This document shows, piece after piece, positions 12,914-26,609 of a stretch of DNA of 63,250 nt. Under the pieces are notes generated by a model. The model made no database searches. It worked only from the letters and a program-made list of their open reading frames with translations, and was not told the DNA's origin. Each line of letters opens with the position of its first letter. The stretch's first letter is position 1. Position numbers and translations under genes: made by a program. Source of the stretch: Hydrolagus affinis (taxonomy: Eukaryota); contig JAAILG010001668.1 of the NCBI GenBank assembly GCA_012026655.1, positions 1-63,250 on the forward strand, given 5' to 3'.

Positions 12914-14780
12914 TTAGACAAATTCCTCAAACTGTACTAACCATGAACAGGAATTAGAAACAGAGATAAGAAGAAACATAATTAGGTTACTCACTAATAA
13001 GTGCTTTGGTTGTTTGTGTTGGTTGTAAGATATAGAGGGTAATGGAAAAGTTACATTGCTGCAGAAAAAAGCAATCCACCACCACCCACGCCACCTCCCA
13101 TATTTTGACAATTACCTTAGCTCTAATATTGCTAAATCAATTTGTTTTTCCAAAGGCATCTAAGTTAAAGCACTGGATTGAGTGTCCACTAGTTTGTTTG
13201 AGTAATGAACCAGAACGTGCCATCAATACAATTCTCTAATGAGCCAAGATAGACTACATTTATAGTTACAGTATAACTTGGGCAAAGCTTGAACTCCCGA
13301 GGCTGTGTGTCAGCCAATAGCTAAACAACAAAATTATATTTATAGAGCGCCTTTCACATGGGACGACATCCCAAGGCGCTAAAGCATCGGTACTCTGATT
13401 AGATATTGTTCTGATTGCAAGATTGACACTATTGACAGAGTATTCTAGAGGCAGAGTTTACTATCTTGCTATATGCCAGGTATAATAAAGAATGTTATTT
13501 ATATCCTATCGTAAGCAATTCTAAGGGTATTATAAAGATTGGGTTGTATTGGGACCTGTCACCATTTGGGGCCCGTCATATCTAGGGAGTTCATTATTCT
13601 TTAAATGCCTTCCTTGGTGGTCTCCCCAGCTCCACAATAAACAAAATACAACTAATTCAGAACTCCAGTAAATCCGCACAAAACTGCATAAACTCATCAC
13701 ACCAGTCCTTGCCAGGCTCCACTGGCTCCCAATTACTGAACAGATCGATTTCAAAATCCTCTCACTCATTTCAAATCATTTCATGCCCTCTCACCTTCCT
13801 ACCTATCCTCTTTCCCTCAATCCTTCCACCTTGTCCGCTGCCTCTCCATTTAAAAAATCCCACCTAAAGACCTTCCTTTTTTGCAAGGGTATGGGGAAAG
13901 AGCGGGGAAGTGGGAATAATTGGATAGCTCTAATTGACCTTCTTCTGTGTTTTACGTGTGATTCTAAATGGTCCCTGTAATCAAGCTCTCTAAGACACCG
14001 TCCGGCGTGGAGGGCGCTATATAAATCCAAGTTATTGTCATTGTAGTCAATGGAAGAATTGACTATTAGTCAAATAATTCTCCCTCTCTTCCTCTATTTC
14101 TTTTGTCAAAATAAAATCTGTGTTTCTTCTCACATCACAGCTAAAATGAACGCGCGTATTCATCCTCCTCAGTACGTCTTCACCTGTTGTATACACCAAT
14201 TCATCGATCGTTGACTTATAGAAGGCTGGTCTCCAAACAAGGCTGGCATCTGCAAGCAGTGACAATATTCCAAGATGAAGGAGTCCTATCACTGATGATC
14301 AGCAGTGAATTCACGTGGAATATTAGCCTGAAATCCAGGTTTGATAATTTGTCTAAGGTTCTGATATTTTTGATGTTCTGATTAGTCTGTAGTCTAATGT
14401 GCAATCTGTGGATTCTCTTCTGGCGGTGGACTTCCAGGACTTTTTATTAACAAATAGCAATATTCAATGTCCAATTCAAGTAACAATCAGAAACCAGCAC
14501 CCTCCTTCACAATCACACAGCTGCTCAGCAACTTCTAAATAAAATTGTAACTAAAAGGAATGTCAGATGAAGTAAGACAGCAGTAGAATTATATACTGTA
14601 ATAGTAAGCAATGAGGGAAACAACTATTTCACCTGCACTAGTAGTATGGTATCATAAAGACCAGATGCTTAAATTGCCGTTCGTTAATGTTAGCAAAATT
14701 GTAGATGATAACAGTTTATATGGACTAAGATTAGTATCATTCAAGCTCAACATGCGAACTCTCTTTGCTATGTTCGCAAA
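12914..14780 (-). pseudogene. Dynein heavy chain fossil: AAA5 and strut, interrupted by L2 fragments
   Basis: VRMLSLNDTNL ~ LKVIKLSDPNF; NLDFRLIFH ~ HPDFRLYLT; EIEEERENYL ~ DLEEERNQLI; ITFFIIPGI ~ ILFFCIADL; LENCIDGTF...RCLWKNKLI ~ LENLIDYFT...RSLFEKDKLL. A small upstream piece may lie at ~16045-16130. Confidence 0.6.
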
Positions 14781-14782
14781 AA

Positions 14783-15955
14783 CAACTACCACAAAATTAC
14801 ACTTGTACAGCACCTTTCATGGCAAGAGGGCGAAGGATAGTCATTGTCTCAGACTGGAGCTGGGGACATGGAGGGCGGAGGGAAAGGGGGGGGATTTGGG
14901 GTAACCGATGGGACCATCGAGGTTCTTGAGGCGGGACTTGAAGGAGGCCAGGGAGGGGGTGAGGCGGAGGGACTGCAGGATGGAGTTCCAGGGTTTGGGG
15001 GCAGAGTGGCTAAAGGCTCACCCACCAATGTTGGGGCGGGTGGGGTGGGGGATGTGGAGCAGGGCAGAGCTGCTGAGCGGAGGGTGGACAGGTTGGCGTT
15101 AGGAAGTCAAAAAGGTAGAGTGGGGCAAGGCCACGGAGAGCTTTGAATGTGAGGACCAATGGAATCGGGGGAGATGGGGTAATGAAACTTTGTGTGGTGG
15201 AGGACACGAGCCGCAGAGTTCTGGATTATCTGCATCTGTGGAGGGAGGAATTGAGAAGGCCGACATGCAGGGTATTGCCGTAGCCGAGCCTGGACATAAT
15301 GAAGGCATGGATGAGAGTTTCAGCGGCCTGAAAGGTGAGGTAGTAGTGGCTGAGTTGGGCAATATCGCAGAGGTGAGGGAAAGCAAAGCAGATCATGGCT
15401 TGGATATAAGGGAGAAAGGACTGTTGAGGATTGAACAAGACACCTACATTCCTGACTGGCTTCATGAGGTTGAATGCGCAATCATGGAGGTTGATGCTGC
15501 AAGTGCTTGATACCTGAAGGCACAGGTGCAAACCAATCAGAAAGACCCCAGTCTTGTTGACGATCAACTGTAGAAAGTTAGCTCTCATCCAGGATTTGAT
15601 GTCTGACAGGCAGTCTGTCAGGACACCAGTGGTCCTGGAGTCGAGGGTAGAGACAGAAAGATAGAGTTGGGTGTCGTCCGCATACATATGGAAGTTGACT
15701 CCATGTCTGCGGATGATGTCACCAAGGGGGAGCATGTAGATGTTAAATACTAGCGGGCCAAGGACAGAGCCCTGGGGGTCACCACGGGTGACAGTGCGGG
15801 GGCTGGAAGAGAAGCCGTTGGTGGTGACAAAGTGGAGATGGTGGAAAGGTAGGAGTTGAACCAGGCGAGGGCAGGTCAGTCAAGATTGAGCTGGGAGGAG
15901 AGGCAGTGTAGTAGGTTGGAGTGGTGGACAGTGTTGAAAGCAGCAGAGAGGTAAT
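14783..15955 (-). mobile_element. L2-clade LINE, 5'-truncated (RT C-terminal part and 3' tail)
   Basis: ORF 15226-15735 LPLGDIIRRHGVNFHMYADDTQLYLS...DIKSWMRANFLQL...IHAFIMSRLGYGN (YADD RT motif, L2 type); (TTG)n-like tail near 14783. Confidence 0.92.
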
Positions 15956-16289
15956 GCCCCCACTTACTTCCCTCCACCCTCCCCCCCTCCCCCCTCCCCA
16001 CCCTCCCCCCCTCCCCCCTCCCCACCACCCTCCCATCCTCCATCCAGGATGGCAGTTACCAGTTGGTTATTTGATCATAGAATCATAGATATCTGACAAG
16101 TGTGGGTTTAAGTCCTCTCTAGGTGAATGGAGGTAATAATAATAATCCTTTCATTTGATATGGTGCTTTTCATGTGTTCAAGACATATTAAAGTGCTTCA
16201 CAGAATATACTTTAAAGTGAATTAACTGTACATTTGTAGGAGAAAACGGGGCAGCAAATTGCGCACAGCGGTGTCCCATAAACAGTCGA

Positions 16290-17420
16290 TAACAGGAACC
16301 AGCGAGTTTCTTGGTGGGCAACACATCTCAGCTTGAAATGCAATTTGTTTTTGCTAAGGGGGTCAACTAGGTGTCCAACACACGAGGAAACCCATCGCCA
16401 GGCTTAAGAGTATCCAAGCCAAGCTGAGATTTCCATGCAATCCACCTACACATGGAAATCCCAGAGACAGATTGTGCCAATGGAATGCACACTCTCCCCC
16501 AGAAAGACACATTCTGCTTACCTAATTTTGGAAAGTATTAGATGCATGTTGGCAAGAGCCAACACTTGGGGAACCCAGAGTGTGTGTTGGGATTACTGTT
16601 GGTGTCTAACCAGCTAAACCCTCATAGCTTCCCATTGATATTGCTGGCCAGTAAGCTTTCTGCTGTTTAGTCCATAATTGCACAACAATGACAACTTACA
16701 TTGTGGACCACCCTATCCATTCAGGCTTTGGCTTTCAGAGTTAACAGGAGCTGATTGGGAGGATAGTCACTGGTTGGTTATTTAACATCCATCAAGCACA
16801 GGGTTTGAGCCCTCAGGAGGTGATGGTGGGTACCAGGAACTCCCTGTGAGCTTCCTGATGGATAACACATCTCTGCATCAAATGAGCGAGAGCATTACCA
16901 CCATCTTTCTGTCCACAGCTCAGGCACACGTCCCTTCCCATTGAGTGATGGTTCCACCAATTGCAGATGGAAAGCTTAAGCAGCAGCCGTTTGCCTTTCC
17001 GCAGGCCAATCAAGGTGGGTTCTAGGCACTGGACGTACACACATTTGTTCACTCAGACTCCAGGTAGAGCCTTCCAGCAGTTGTCACCCCAAGTCTCAGA
17101 GTTTCCTCATCAGTTATCTGGTGGGCATCCCTTCAATGTGGTGGATGGACCTTTACACGACAGATGGTGACGTGTCAGCCACTTTGATGTTCTTGAGCCT
17201 ATTGTCGTGTACCAGACTTCCTCAGCACCAGCGAGAGGGGCCTTGGCAAATAGACGCGCACACTGTGAAGCCGATTCCATCTCCAGGATTCTCAGCGATA
17301 GGTCAGCGTAGGTCAGTGTCCTCCCTTCCTGCAGCCACTTCCCGTGTTTGCCGCAAATTCCACCTTATTGCTTGACGCTGGACTTTGCAAATGGGCCAGT
17401 GGAAGCCTCTCCACTGCCAG
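16290..17420 (-). mobile_element. Old non-LTR retroelement-like fragment (clade uncertain, RTE-like)
   Basis: GC-richer insert between dynein segments, with a C-terminal CxxC...H...C-like peptide (CLSCGQKDGGNALAHLMQRC); 16400-16580 resembles 44985-45150. Confidence 0.3.
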
Positions 17421-19060
17421 GTGCAACAACAAAATTATTTTCTTCCACGTAACTTTTGCAATTGTATCCATGTAATGCAATCCATATATTGCAACACACA
17501 ATCTCTTTTCTAATGAAAACATGTTGAGTCCCACAAGTCTCTCTCAAGAGGGGCCAAATTGATTTGCATCGCATGCATTTATACTCTTAACATTATATAT
17601 TCAATATTCTGGTAAAGCTATTTCCTCAAGGCAATCGTGGCAGCTGGGTTCCAGAACAAAATGTTTCATGCTTGAATGTCTCACACATGATTTACACTGG
17701 GATTTTCATGGCAATTTGGCTAGTTTTTTGTGCCAATTTGGCATGAATTTCATGGTGAATCAGCACAAAAAGCATTGTATAAACTATACATTAATCTTTT
17801 CTATAAGCCTCATGTTCAAACACTTAAGTAGATTATTGCCAGTGATTTGTCCTTGTGAACTCACTTGCTGGTATCCTGAATGAATTCCAGTGGATATAAA
17901 GCACATTATTTCTTGTATATCCATTGCAATTATGTATAATGACTTATGGGCTCCTTTAATTAACATAATAGTAGGTTGTAAAATGTTCTAGAGGGCTTCC
18001 CCAATGTCTCTAGTACTAACAATCCAAATGTAAGGAGCCATAAACATTTCATATCCTAGGATAGCTTAATCTTCCCACTCTTTATTTCTTCAAACCCTTT
18101 CTCCCTCATAGCCATAATCTTAGCTCTCTGTGGTTTATCTGCATCTTTCGATCTCTCACACAGCTCTCATCAAACTTGTATGAAGTCTGTTCATTTTACT
18201 CTCCAGTAACTTAGTCACTGGCTACACAATAATGTTTCTAGACTTAATTATAGACAGCAATGTCAACCTCTCTTATTTTCAACAAATAAACAGATTTCAA
18301 AACTTTTATCATCATTCGTCTTATTAAAAATCTCTTCCATGATCTATCCACATTCTCAACGTACTCTTTCTTGTCAACTCAGTAGCGTGTATTGCCATTC
18401 GACCAAGTTCTGTCACTTCTGTCATTATTCCTTGATTAAGACTCTGGCACATGGCTGGTGTACTTTACCAATAGCGTCTGTCTGTCTGCAATCAGGGCTT
18501 GTTATTTATCGACAAAAGGCTGATCCTCGGTGTTGGAGAATGATCTCTACTGGTGGAGGAATGAGCTATAAGCAATATTCGGACTTATATTGAATATTAT
18601 ATTCAATATAATATAAGTCAGAACGAGTTCTGACTTGAAAGATGCCTCCATAGGGATTATATAGAGGTATACAAGATTTAAAATTGAAAATATGAACCTG
18701 GAACAATACATTTTATGCATCGTAAAACACAAGGTTTAGAATTGCAAAGGGCAAATTCAGGAAAGATATCAGTAAACATTTCTTTACTTCTGGGTATCTG
18801 TCCAGAATCTGCCACTTGGATGAAGCTAGGATGTTGGATTTATTCAAAAAAATTCAAGGATGTTCTTCATCTGAACCAACCTTGCGATATGAATTTGGAT
18901 TTCTCTGTTTCCTGCTGTTGTTGAGCATTTCGTTTGTGTCCATCACATTTCCTCCAAGACACAATGCTAAGCCATCACAATTTTGACATGTATTTTGGGA
19001 GCAAGGTCCCATCAAAGCCTTAATGTGAATAAACAGGTACTCTGGTGGGTTCTCTATCAT
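17420..19060 (-). pseudogene. Dynein heavy chain fossil: AAA4 and stalk
   Basis: NEMLNNSRKQRNPNSY ~ EDINNLLNSGEVPNLF; NLVYLYIIPMEASFKSEL ~ NLHIVLCMSPVGDAFRNRL; KLLESKMNRLHTSLMR ~ stalk CC1 entry (K..RL..GL.KL). Confidence 0.55.
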
Positions 19061-19409
19061 CCATTTGAACAGGTAGACCGCATTTCAGTTTAAACATCTG
19101 ATCTGAATTATAGAACTTCTGTCAGTAAGCACTCTCCCAGAGCTGAACATTGCATCAGCCTAGAGTTGTTTCAACATGGGAATTGAACCACCATCAATTG
19201 GTGCCAACTGAGCAAACTTTGACACATTATATGTGGTCTTGGAAAGTGAGTTAAATCCTTACATATCAAGTTTAAACTGGCTGATTCTTAGAATTCTCAG
19301 CTCCATTAATAAGTTAATACTGAAGTTGACGGCCAAGTTGTCAGTCAAATATCAGAAATTGGTGACATAGAAAAATTGAGTATCAAGAAATCAGATCAGT
19401 TGAGTCTAG

Positions 19410-19760
19410 GAGCGTATTGGTTAGAGCAATCACCTCATAAGCAAGAGAACCCAGGTTAAATTCCTGGCTGGGGCAAAACCTTATCCAAGTTTCCTCACTC
19501 TATCCACATGCCTCTGTCTACCTAGCAGTAAGTACTAACCTAGTTGATTGGCAGATTACTTTTCCAGGAATAATAGTACTTAAAAAAAACTTGATCACTC
19601 AATCCACAATGTTTCATGGGATGCTGCTGTGCACATTTGGCTGCTGCTTTATACCCACAGAATAGTCAATTCACTTCACAATATATTCAGTCGAGCGCTT
19701 TGAGATGTCTCAACAACGTGATCAGTTGCTATATCAAATGCAATAATTATTAATATTATT
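19410..19760 (+). mobile_element. tRNA-derived SINE, diverged
   Basis: ggttagagcaatcacctcataagcaagag head through tatcaaatgcaataattatt tail. Confidence 0.8.
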
Positions 19761-19908
19761 ATATACATAAGAACATAAGAAATAGGAGCAGGTGTAGGCT
19801 TTTCGACCCCTCGAGCCTGCTCTGCCATTTAATAAGATCATGGCTGATCTTCTAACCTAATCTGATTTACCAGCCCTATATACATTAATGAGACAAAAAT
19901 GTACCTAC

Positions 19909-20597
19909 CCATTAGTTCAAAAGGGCGTGGGCTGTGGGACGGTGTATCTGTTGCATGGGTACATGGGTTCAGCACAAGACACATCTCTTCCAAACAATAG
20001 GAGAATTGTTCTTATACTCTTTTTGGCCCAATGTGAAGGAGTGAGAAAACTGCTTGTTTTTGGGGAATATGGCAGTCTGATACCATCTCACACATCGGCC
20101 CAGAAGTCTGGAAACGGATGTTAATTTGAAGCTGTCCTTTCTTTTACTTGAGGCGGATGTTCAAGAAGGTGATTAGCATTGCCAAATTGTCAAGGTTTTC
20201 AATCAATAATATATCTGGCTTTCTTCAAATGTTGCACGAAATAAATGGTACGTATTCTGATTTCTGATCCAAATGTGATAAATCCCGAGGTGATGCATTT
20301 CTGACAGGGACTACCGAGAATGGTAACTGGAGACTCTTGCGCAACCAGAAGCTCATAAAGGCTGAGGTTCGCATCAGTAGAAGGTACCATAGATAAAGGA
20401 TTGAAACACAATATTCACAAGCAGTTAGAAGTCTCAACTGTTGCGACAGTTTCTGATTTGTGAATATCACATTTTCCTCCCCAATGGGCACAAATGGGAA
20501 GAACCTTCTGCAATCAATACAAAGGTGAAACCCTGTATAAAAAACACTCTTGCTGTAAGAACTTTGACCATCTTTCCCAATAAAATGGATTGTTTGC
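19909..20597 (-). pseudogene. Dynein heavy chain fossil: AAA3 lid to start of AAA4
   Basis: One frame of ~229 codons with 3 stops by my reading: FFPFVPIGEENVIFTNQKLSQQLRLL ~ [30 protein letters not shown] ~ LIRLWVHE; QINIRFQTSGPMCEMVSDCHIPQKQAVF ~ [29 protein letters not shown]; flanked by ttcAG and GTaggt. Confidence 0.6.
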
Positions 20598-21327
20598 CTG
20601 AAGGGCAGGAAAAAGTAGAATACCGTCAGAAATTGCTTCTCAAAAAACATAAAAAATATGATGTGACAAGAACAAATAGCTTGATAAAAGAATTATGAAC
20701 ACATGGTCATATTTCATATTGTTAGATTCCAGGCCAGATCTAATTTCTAAATAAAAACAGAATATTTTAGTTAAAACCTGTGTAATCTATAATGGTCTAC
20801 ATTGCAGAATTTCATGGCCACCAAAAACATACTTTTTCATTTGTAGGGCACAGTAGCTGTTTGTGGTCAAATACATTTTACAAACTCTTAATTGTCTAAA
20901 ATATACAGTAAATTTGCCTATAGTCCTGTATTGAGGGAATTTTGATGGGAAAGTTTGCGTTCGCCCTAACCTAATAACCTAATAGCTTTGGTTACTTTTT
21001 ATTTTGGATTTAGAATATTACCTTTATTACCTGGCAGTTCCTACTCCTCATGTTACAGCTTTACTCTATGAGTGACATTGGGTTAATGTCTACAGGCTAG
21101 TCAGAGGCTCAAACTGTTCCCGACCATTTCACGTAGACAATTGCAGAGAGTCAAAATCTAAACAACAGCAACAACAATAACAACTTACATTTATTTATAT
21201 AGCGCCCTCCACACCCAGCTGAGTCTAAAAGCAGTTGATAATGGTGGAGCCTGAGGCCGAGCCAGGGGGAGAGGGAAGGTGACAGTGAACACAGTCAAAG
21301 GAAAAGGTCTTCAGGTGCAACCTGAAG

Positions 21328-21652
21328 ATAATAATAATCCTTCCATTTGATACAGCGCTTTTCACCTCTTCTAGACGTCTCAAAGCGTTTCACAGAATAT
21401 ACTGTAAAGTGAATTCACTGTATATTTGTGGGCGAAACCCGGCAGCCAATTACGCACAGCAGCGTCCCCCACAAACAGCCGTGAATTGAGTGACAAAATT
21501 ATTATTTTTTTGAGGGATTACTATTAGGTGCGTGGAGTAAGGAAACTTGCCAAGGTTTCGCCCTGACCTGCCTAGAATCGAACCCAGGACTCTCGCTTGT
21601 AAGGCGAGTGCTCTAACCACTGAGCTACAAGACTCCACGAGCTACAGGACTC
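21328..21652 (-). mobile_element. tRNA-derived SINE, near consensus
   Basis: Full head-to-tail copy with a short duplicated 5' end (gagctacaagactcca / gagctacaggactcca). Confidence 0.9.
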
Positions 21653-22800
21653 CAAGAAGGGAAAAACAGAAAGCTGGAAACCCACAAGAAGGAAGAATGA
21701 ACAGCTGAAAAAGAAAAAAAGTTCATCTTTCGGATAATTGAGAATTCTGGAAGAGTCATAGCATAAACATCAACCCATTGTTCCCTTTCATACTCTAAAT
21801 GAATCGTTATCCATCTCCAGCCTCTATGTTTTAATTTTAGACATTTTGCACTCTGTTTTTTTTTGCTGATTTTCTGCATGAAGTCACAGTTTTAACATAA
21901 ACAAAAACACCAACATCTCACTTTGCTCAAGTGAATTCTAAAGTTAAAAGAAAGCCATCTTATGAAAGCCATCACAATTGAGCAAATAACTGGTTTATAC
22001 TGCGTGGTATGAATTACTATTGAAATGAGTAGAATAACTTTGGTAGTGCAAAACAAACATAAGTCTTGTTCAATAGTAATTTCACATCTTTTTAATAATT
22101 TTTCAAAAATAGTTATTGACAGACCAAAACCTTTGTTGATTGTCAGCTGCCATCTTGGTTCAGTTGGTAGCTCTCCTCTCCTTCTGCGTCTGAAATGATA
22201 GGTTCACGCTCCATGTGGGAACTTTACAGTCCAGGCTTCTCCAGTACAACCACTGAGGGATTCTTGAAAGTTCTGTGCTTCTGTGTGACATTGTGCTTTT
22301 GTGCAGGTTTGATAAATCAGGGGGTTGACTGTGCTGAGGTAGTTGTTAAAGGTCCCATAACGCTATTTGAAAAGGGAGGTTTCTTCTGATATTCTGTGAG
22401 GCAAAGCACCAATCAAACCAACCATTCACTTCATGACTGTTTGTGGGACCTTGCTGTGTGCAAAATAGCTGCTGCATTTGCATAGTTGCCTGTGAAGGTG
22501 CTTTGCGACATTTTGATGTTAGGTTTGCTACACCCTATGCAAGAATTGTTATATTCCATTACACTTTTTATTATTGTTGGAAGAAGTGAATCCATTAACC
22601 AAGTTTCTGTTTCTTTCCAAACACTCACAGGAAACCATTTCTCTATAGCCTTGGTCACAATATACAATTGTGTCAATATTGAGTTAGCTTACATCCCAAG
22701 ACGATGTGATAAACATTTGTGTTGATAGATTGGATTTAAGTGAACTGGGACAATTCCTAATGAATGTAGATGCACATTATTAACCTCAACATATCAGTTT
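21650..22800 (-). pseudogene. Dynein heavy chain fossil: AAA3 (split by a SINE at ~22140-22510)
   Basis: WKETETWLMDSLLPTI...SKPNI ~ W...ILVPTVDT...KPVLL; HRGWRW...EQWVDV ~ HGGWYD...W..I.DV; SIIRKMNFFSF ~ RFLRHFNIISI. Confidence 0.5.
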
Positions 22801-22856
22801 GTATTCCTACCCAAGGAGCCAATGGGAAACGGTGGTTTGGAAGATTGAAACATTGT

Positions 22857-23222
22857 GGAGTCCTGTAGCTCGGTGGTTAGAGCATTTGTCTTGCAAGTGG
22901 GACACCTGGGTTTGATTTCCAGTGGGTAAAATGTTGGGCAAGTTAGCTTACTCCACACAGCTCGGTTTGCCTAGCAGTAAGAAGGAACCCAGTTGCTAGT
23001 TGATTGGCAGATAACTTTTCTGGGGGTAATAATTCTTTCAAAAAAAAAAAAAAATTGGTCACTTCAATCCACAACTGTTTGTGGGGCACTGCTGTACCCA
23101 ATCGGCTCCTGCGTTTCACCCACAAAATATACAGTCAATTTACTTTAGAGGATATTCTGTGAAGTGCTTTGAGACATCTCGTAGATGTGACAACATGCTA
23201 TATCAAATTCAAAGATTATTGT
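22857..23222 (+). mobile_element. tRNA-derived SINE, full length
   Basis: ggagtcctgtagctcggtggttagagc...tatcaaattcaaagattatt. Confidence 0.88.
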
Positions 23223-23879
23223 TACCCCTTTAGTTCAGAAAAAGGTGCGTGCTGAAATTGGGACTTGGACATGGTTTTTTTGAGCCAGTATTGAGGAATT
23301 TGTCTATTTTAATATCTGGTGGTAAACATCACAAAACAACAACAAAATTACACTTGTATAGTGCCTTTCACATCACGAGGATGTCCCAAGGTGCTGGCAA
23401 AATAATTGTTTATGTTTAAATATTCACAGTACAGTTTAATGATTTGTTAAAATTAATGTTGTTATTCCAAATCCTATTAAAAATGAAATTTTCTCCTTTA
23501 CATTAAAGAGATTTATCAAATGCAGAAATTATTATTATTATTTGAGATGTATTATAGTACAAAACACTTCTTCGATTGTTGAAAGTATCACAATAACTTG
23601 AAAAACACAAGGACAGGTTCTAGATTAGGTGTGTATATTTTGGTTGTTGCGTTTATTTTCTGGGTGAGTTAATCAGAACATAAAGGAAAAGAATAGAAAT
23701 AATCTCAATGAAGTGATAAGGCACCATAGATGCAAAGATTATTATTATTGTTATTAGAATTATGAGTATGGGTGACTATGGCTGGAAAAGGTAGCTTATT
23801 GGTCAGAATTGGTCTGCTCCTTTCCAATATCTATAAGCTCCCACTTTGCGACATCATCTGTATGTATGCAGGCATCAAA

Positions 23880-24562
23880 TATGTCTGTCAAACATCAAGT
23901 CCTGGATAATAGCTACCTTTGTACATTAACATAACTAAGTCCCTCCTGATTAGCTCCTGGCAGCACCACCACATGGCAGCATCACCATCCAGGGATGCAC
24001 ACTCCACACTAGGTAGCGAGAGCCTCAAACACACATTCATAATATCCAGGCTCGACTTTGCAAGTTCATCGCTTGTCGGCTTCCCCAGCTATTCCCACCA
24101 GCTCTGCAGTGTCCTCTCCCACACCAGGCTCCACAAACCTATCACCCCTATTCTCACCTGACTCCATTGAATTCACACTTCACAGAGAATACAGTTCAAG
24201 ATCCTGGTCCTTACCTTCAAAGCCCTCCATGGCCTTGCTCCCCTCTACCACTGCAACCTCCTAGTATCCTACCAATCTGCTGCTCTTTCTGCTGAGCAGA
24301 CTCCGTCCTGCTTCAGATCCCCAGCTTGTCAGGCAGGCCTTCTGCCACCTGCCCCCACCGTCTGGAACTCCATTCCGCAGATCCTCTCCCTCAGCCCCTC
24401 CCTCCTCTTCAACCGTACTCAGTCACCCTCCATCTACCCTGTCCTCCGCACCCCCACCGATGCCCACGCTAGTTCGTGTCTGAAACACTGATTGTCCAGT
24501 ACCTTGGGACGTCCTTCCGATGTGAAAAACGCTATAAAAATGTAATTTTGTTGTTGTTGTTG
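23880..24562 (+). mobile_element. L2 LINE 3' fragment
   Basis: FIISRLDFASS...HKPITPIL (L2 ORF2 end), ending gggacgtccttccgatgtgaaaaacgctataaaaatgtaattttgttgttg. Confidence 0.8.
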
Positions 24563-26609
24563 TATTTATCGCTGATATATTTATTTCAGGTTTGGGTATG
24601 AAAACTACAAATAGGTCTGCAGGCCCGTGTTAAGGAGACAGATGAGTTTCTGTTTGGTTTGCTCTTGAGGCTCTTTCACGCTGTCCAGCATGAAGGGTGC
24701 TATGTAAAAACAAGTTGTTGTTGATATTATTTAAATGACACTTTGTCTCGATGGTTTCATTTCCCTCCTCTTCCAGCATCACCATCTCTCTCATCCTCAT
24801 CAAGATTGTCTTATTAATCCTTGCATTGGATATCTCACAGTGTTTCACAGCTTTCGGCAAGGTGTGTATTGATAGGCAAACATTCTTCCCTAGCCAAAGG
24901 TAGGCCAGTCCTATCAAATTTGCTATGTCCTCGCTGGCTCAGGCTGACAGCTGCTCTGAGCTGCCAGATGCCAGGACAACACTTGACTGTCCAATGCCTT
25001 GGGACATCCTTCCAATGTGAAAGGCTCTATATCAATGTCATTAATTGTTGTTGGCAGGGGAGATTCTAACATAAATATCCCAGCAGGGTTTGTGCAGAAA
25101 ATGCAGTTGGCAAGGATCCTCCATCTGTTAATAAGATATACAAGACAGATTAATTTGATTTTTATCATGTGCATCTTCTCATTGAATGTAAGATAATCAC
25201 AGTGTATTAAAGGGGAAATCGGTTGGCAATGTTCTACAGTTCTCTGTTACATTGATGTTCTCAACAAATGTCCTAATTTTACAACAATCAACTGAAATTG
25301 TTAATCCATTGTATTCATCAAATTAAATTCCCCATATACCCTTTGGTGTGATTTCTATCTGAGACGGTGTCTTTGTTGTTTTTAAAAAAGAATAGATACA
25401 GAACTCAGTTAGACTATTGTGTCTAGTTTTGGTTACCCCACTTTAGAAAAGACATCAAGATGATATACTGCAGAGAAGATTTACTAAGATTATACTTGGG
25501 ATGGGTGGTTTGGCCTATCAGGGGCGACTGGAAGAACTGGGACTTTTAACCATGGAACCAAGGTTGATAGAGATCTTTAACATTGTGCTATCAATAGAGT
25601 CAATAGGGAGACATTATTTCCACTGGCCAGTGAGTCAGTGATTAGAAGGCATCACTTTAAGATAATAATAATACTAGTGATCCTTGCATTTGATATCGTG
25701 CTCTTCACGTCTTCTAGATGTCTCAAAGCGCTTCACAAAGGATTCTAAAGGATTATTCTTAAAGAACCAGAAACAGACACAATGAGCCAAATGAAGTTCT
25801 TCAGTGCCCTTGTATAGAAGAGGTTTGTGCATCCATTAGATTGGAGAGTTTGTAGATTGCTTTACCTATGCTATGCACTAAAACATTAAGATGTTTTAGT
25901 GGTAACTGACCTGTTGGTTGACCACTTCATTGCAGGTCCTGGTTACATCCTGCTCCATCACAAGCTAGAGATAGAAATCGTCCAGTACTTGGCTGTTCGG
26001 GAATAGCTAGACCCCCATTTCACTTGTGTCTCTGCCTAGAGGCAAACACTTTGTGTTCAAGCCAGTTTATCATTGGCTTTGTGATCTGTAAAGTGACATT
26101 AATTTAGAGTCCATCACCTCCCATATCCTCCTCCTAACTACTGGAAGTGACGATGCAACTTGCGTGTCTAAAAAAACAATTCACAATATCATACAGAAGC
26201 TAATCCATCAGGAAGTCAGCTCTTGCCTCAGTGAATATGGAATCACACCACATGCCCTGATGTAACATTGCTCCTGGTGTCAGTCATTTTGTGCTTGTGA
26301 AACACATTTATTTCCTGAGCATTTAAATACCTCCGCAGACATTAATGTGCATGGAACTCTAAATGCTTTTATTACTTGAAAGCGAATGACCCACAGACGT
26401 GCTGCAGTAAAGAATGATGTAGTGTGTCAGAGTAGAAATAGTTTTACTTGTAAGAGTCAAAACAGTTAGAAAAATCACTAATAAAGTTACAATAACAGTT
26501 ATGTAATATTACAGTTTTCCTCAAAGAGCCCAAACTTTCCAAATAAACATTTAATATTGGATGTTAAACAGCAGTAACTGCACTAGATAACAATGGCCTA
26601 TACAACCTA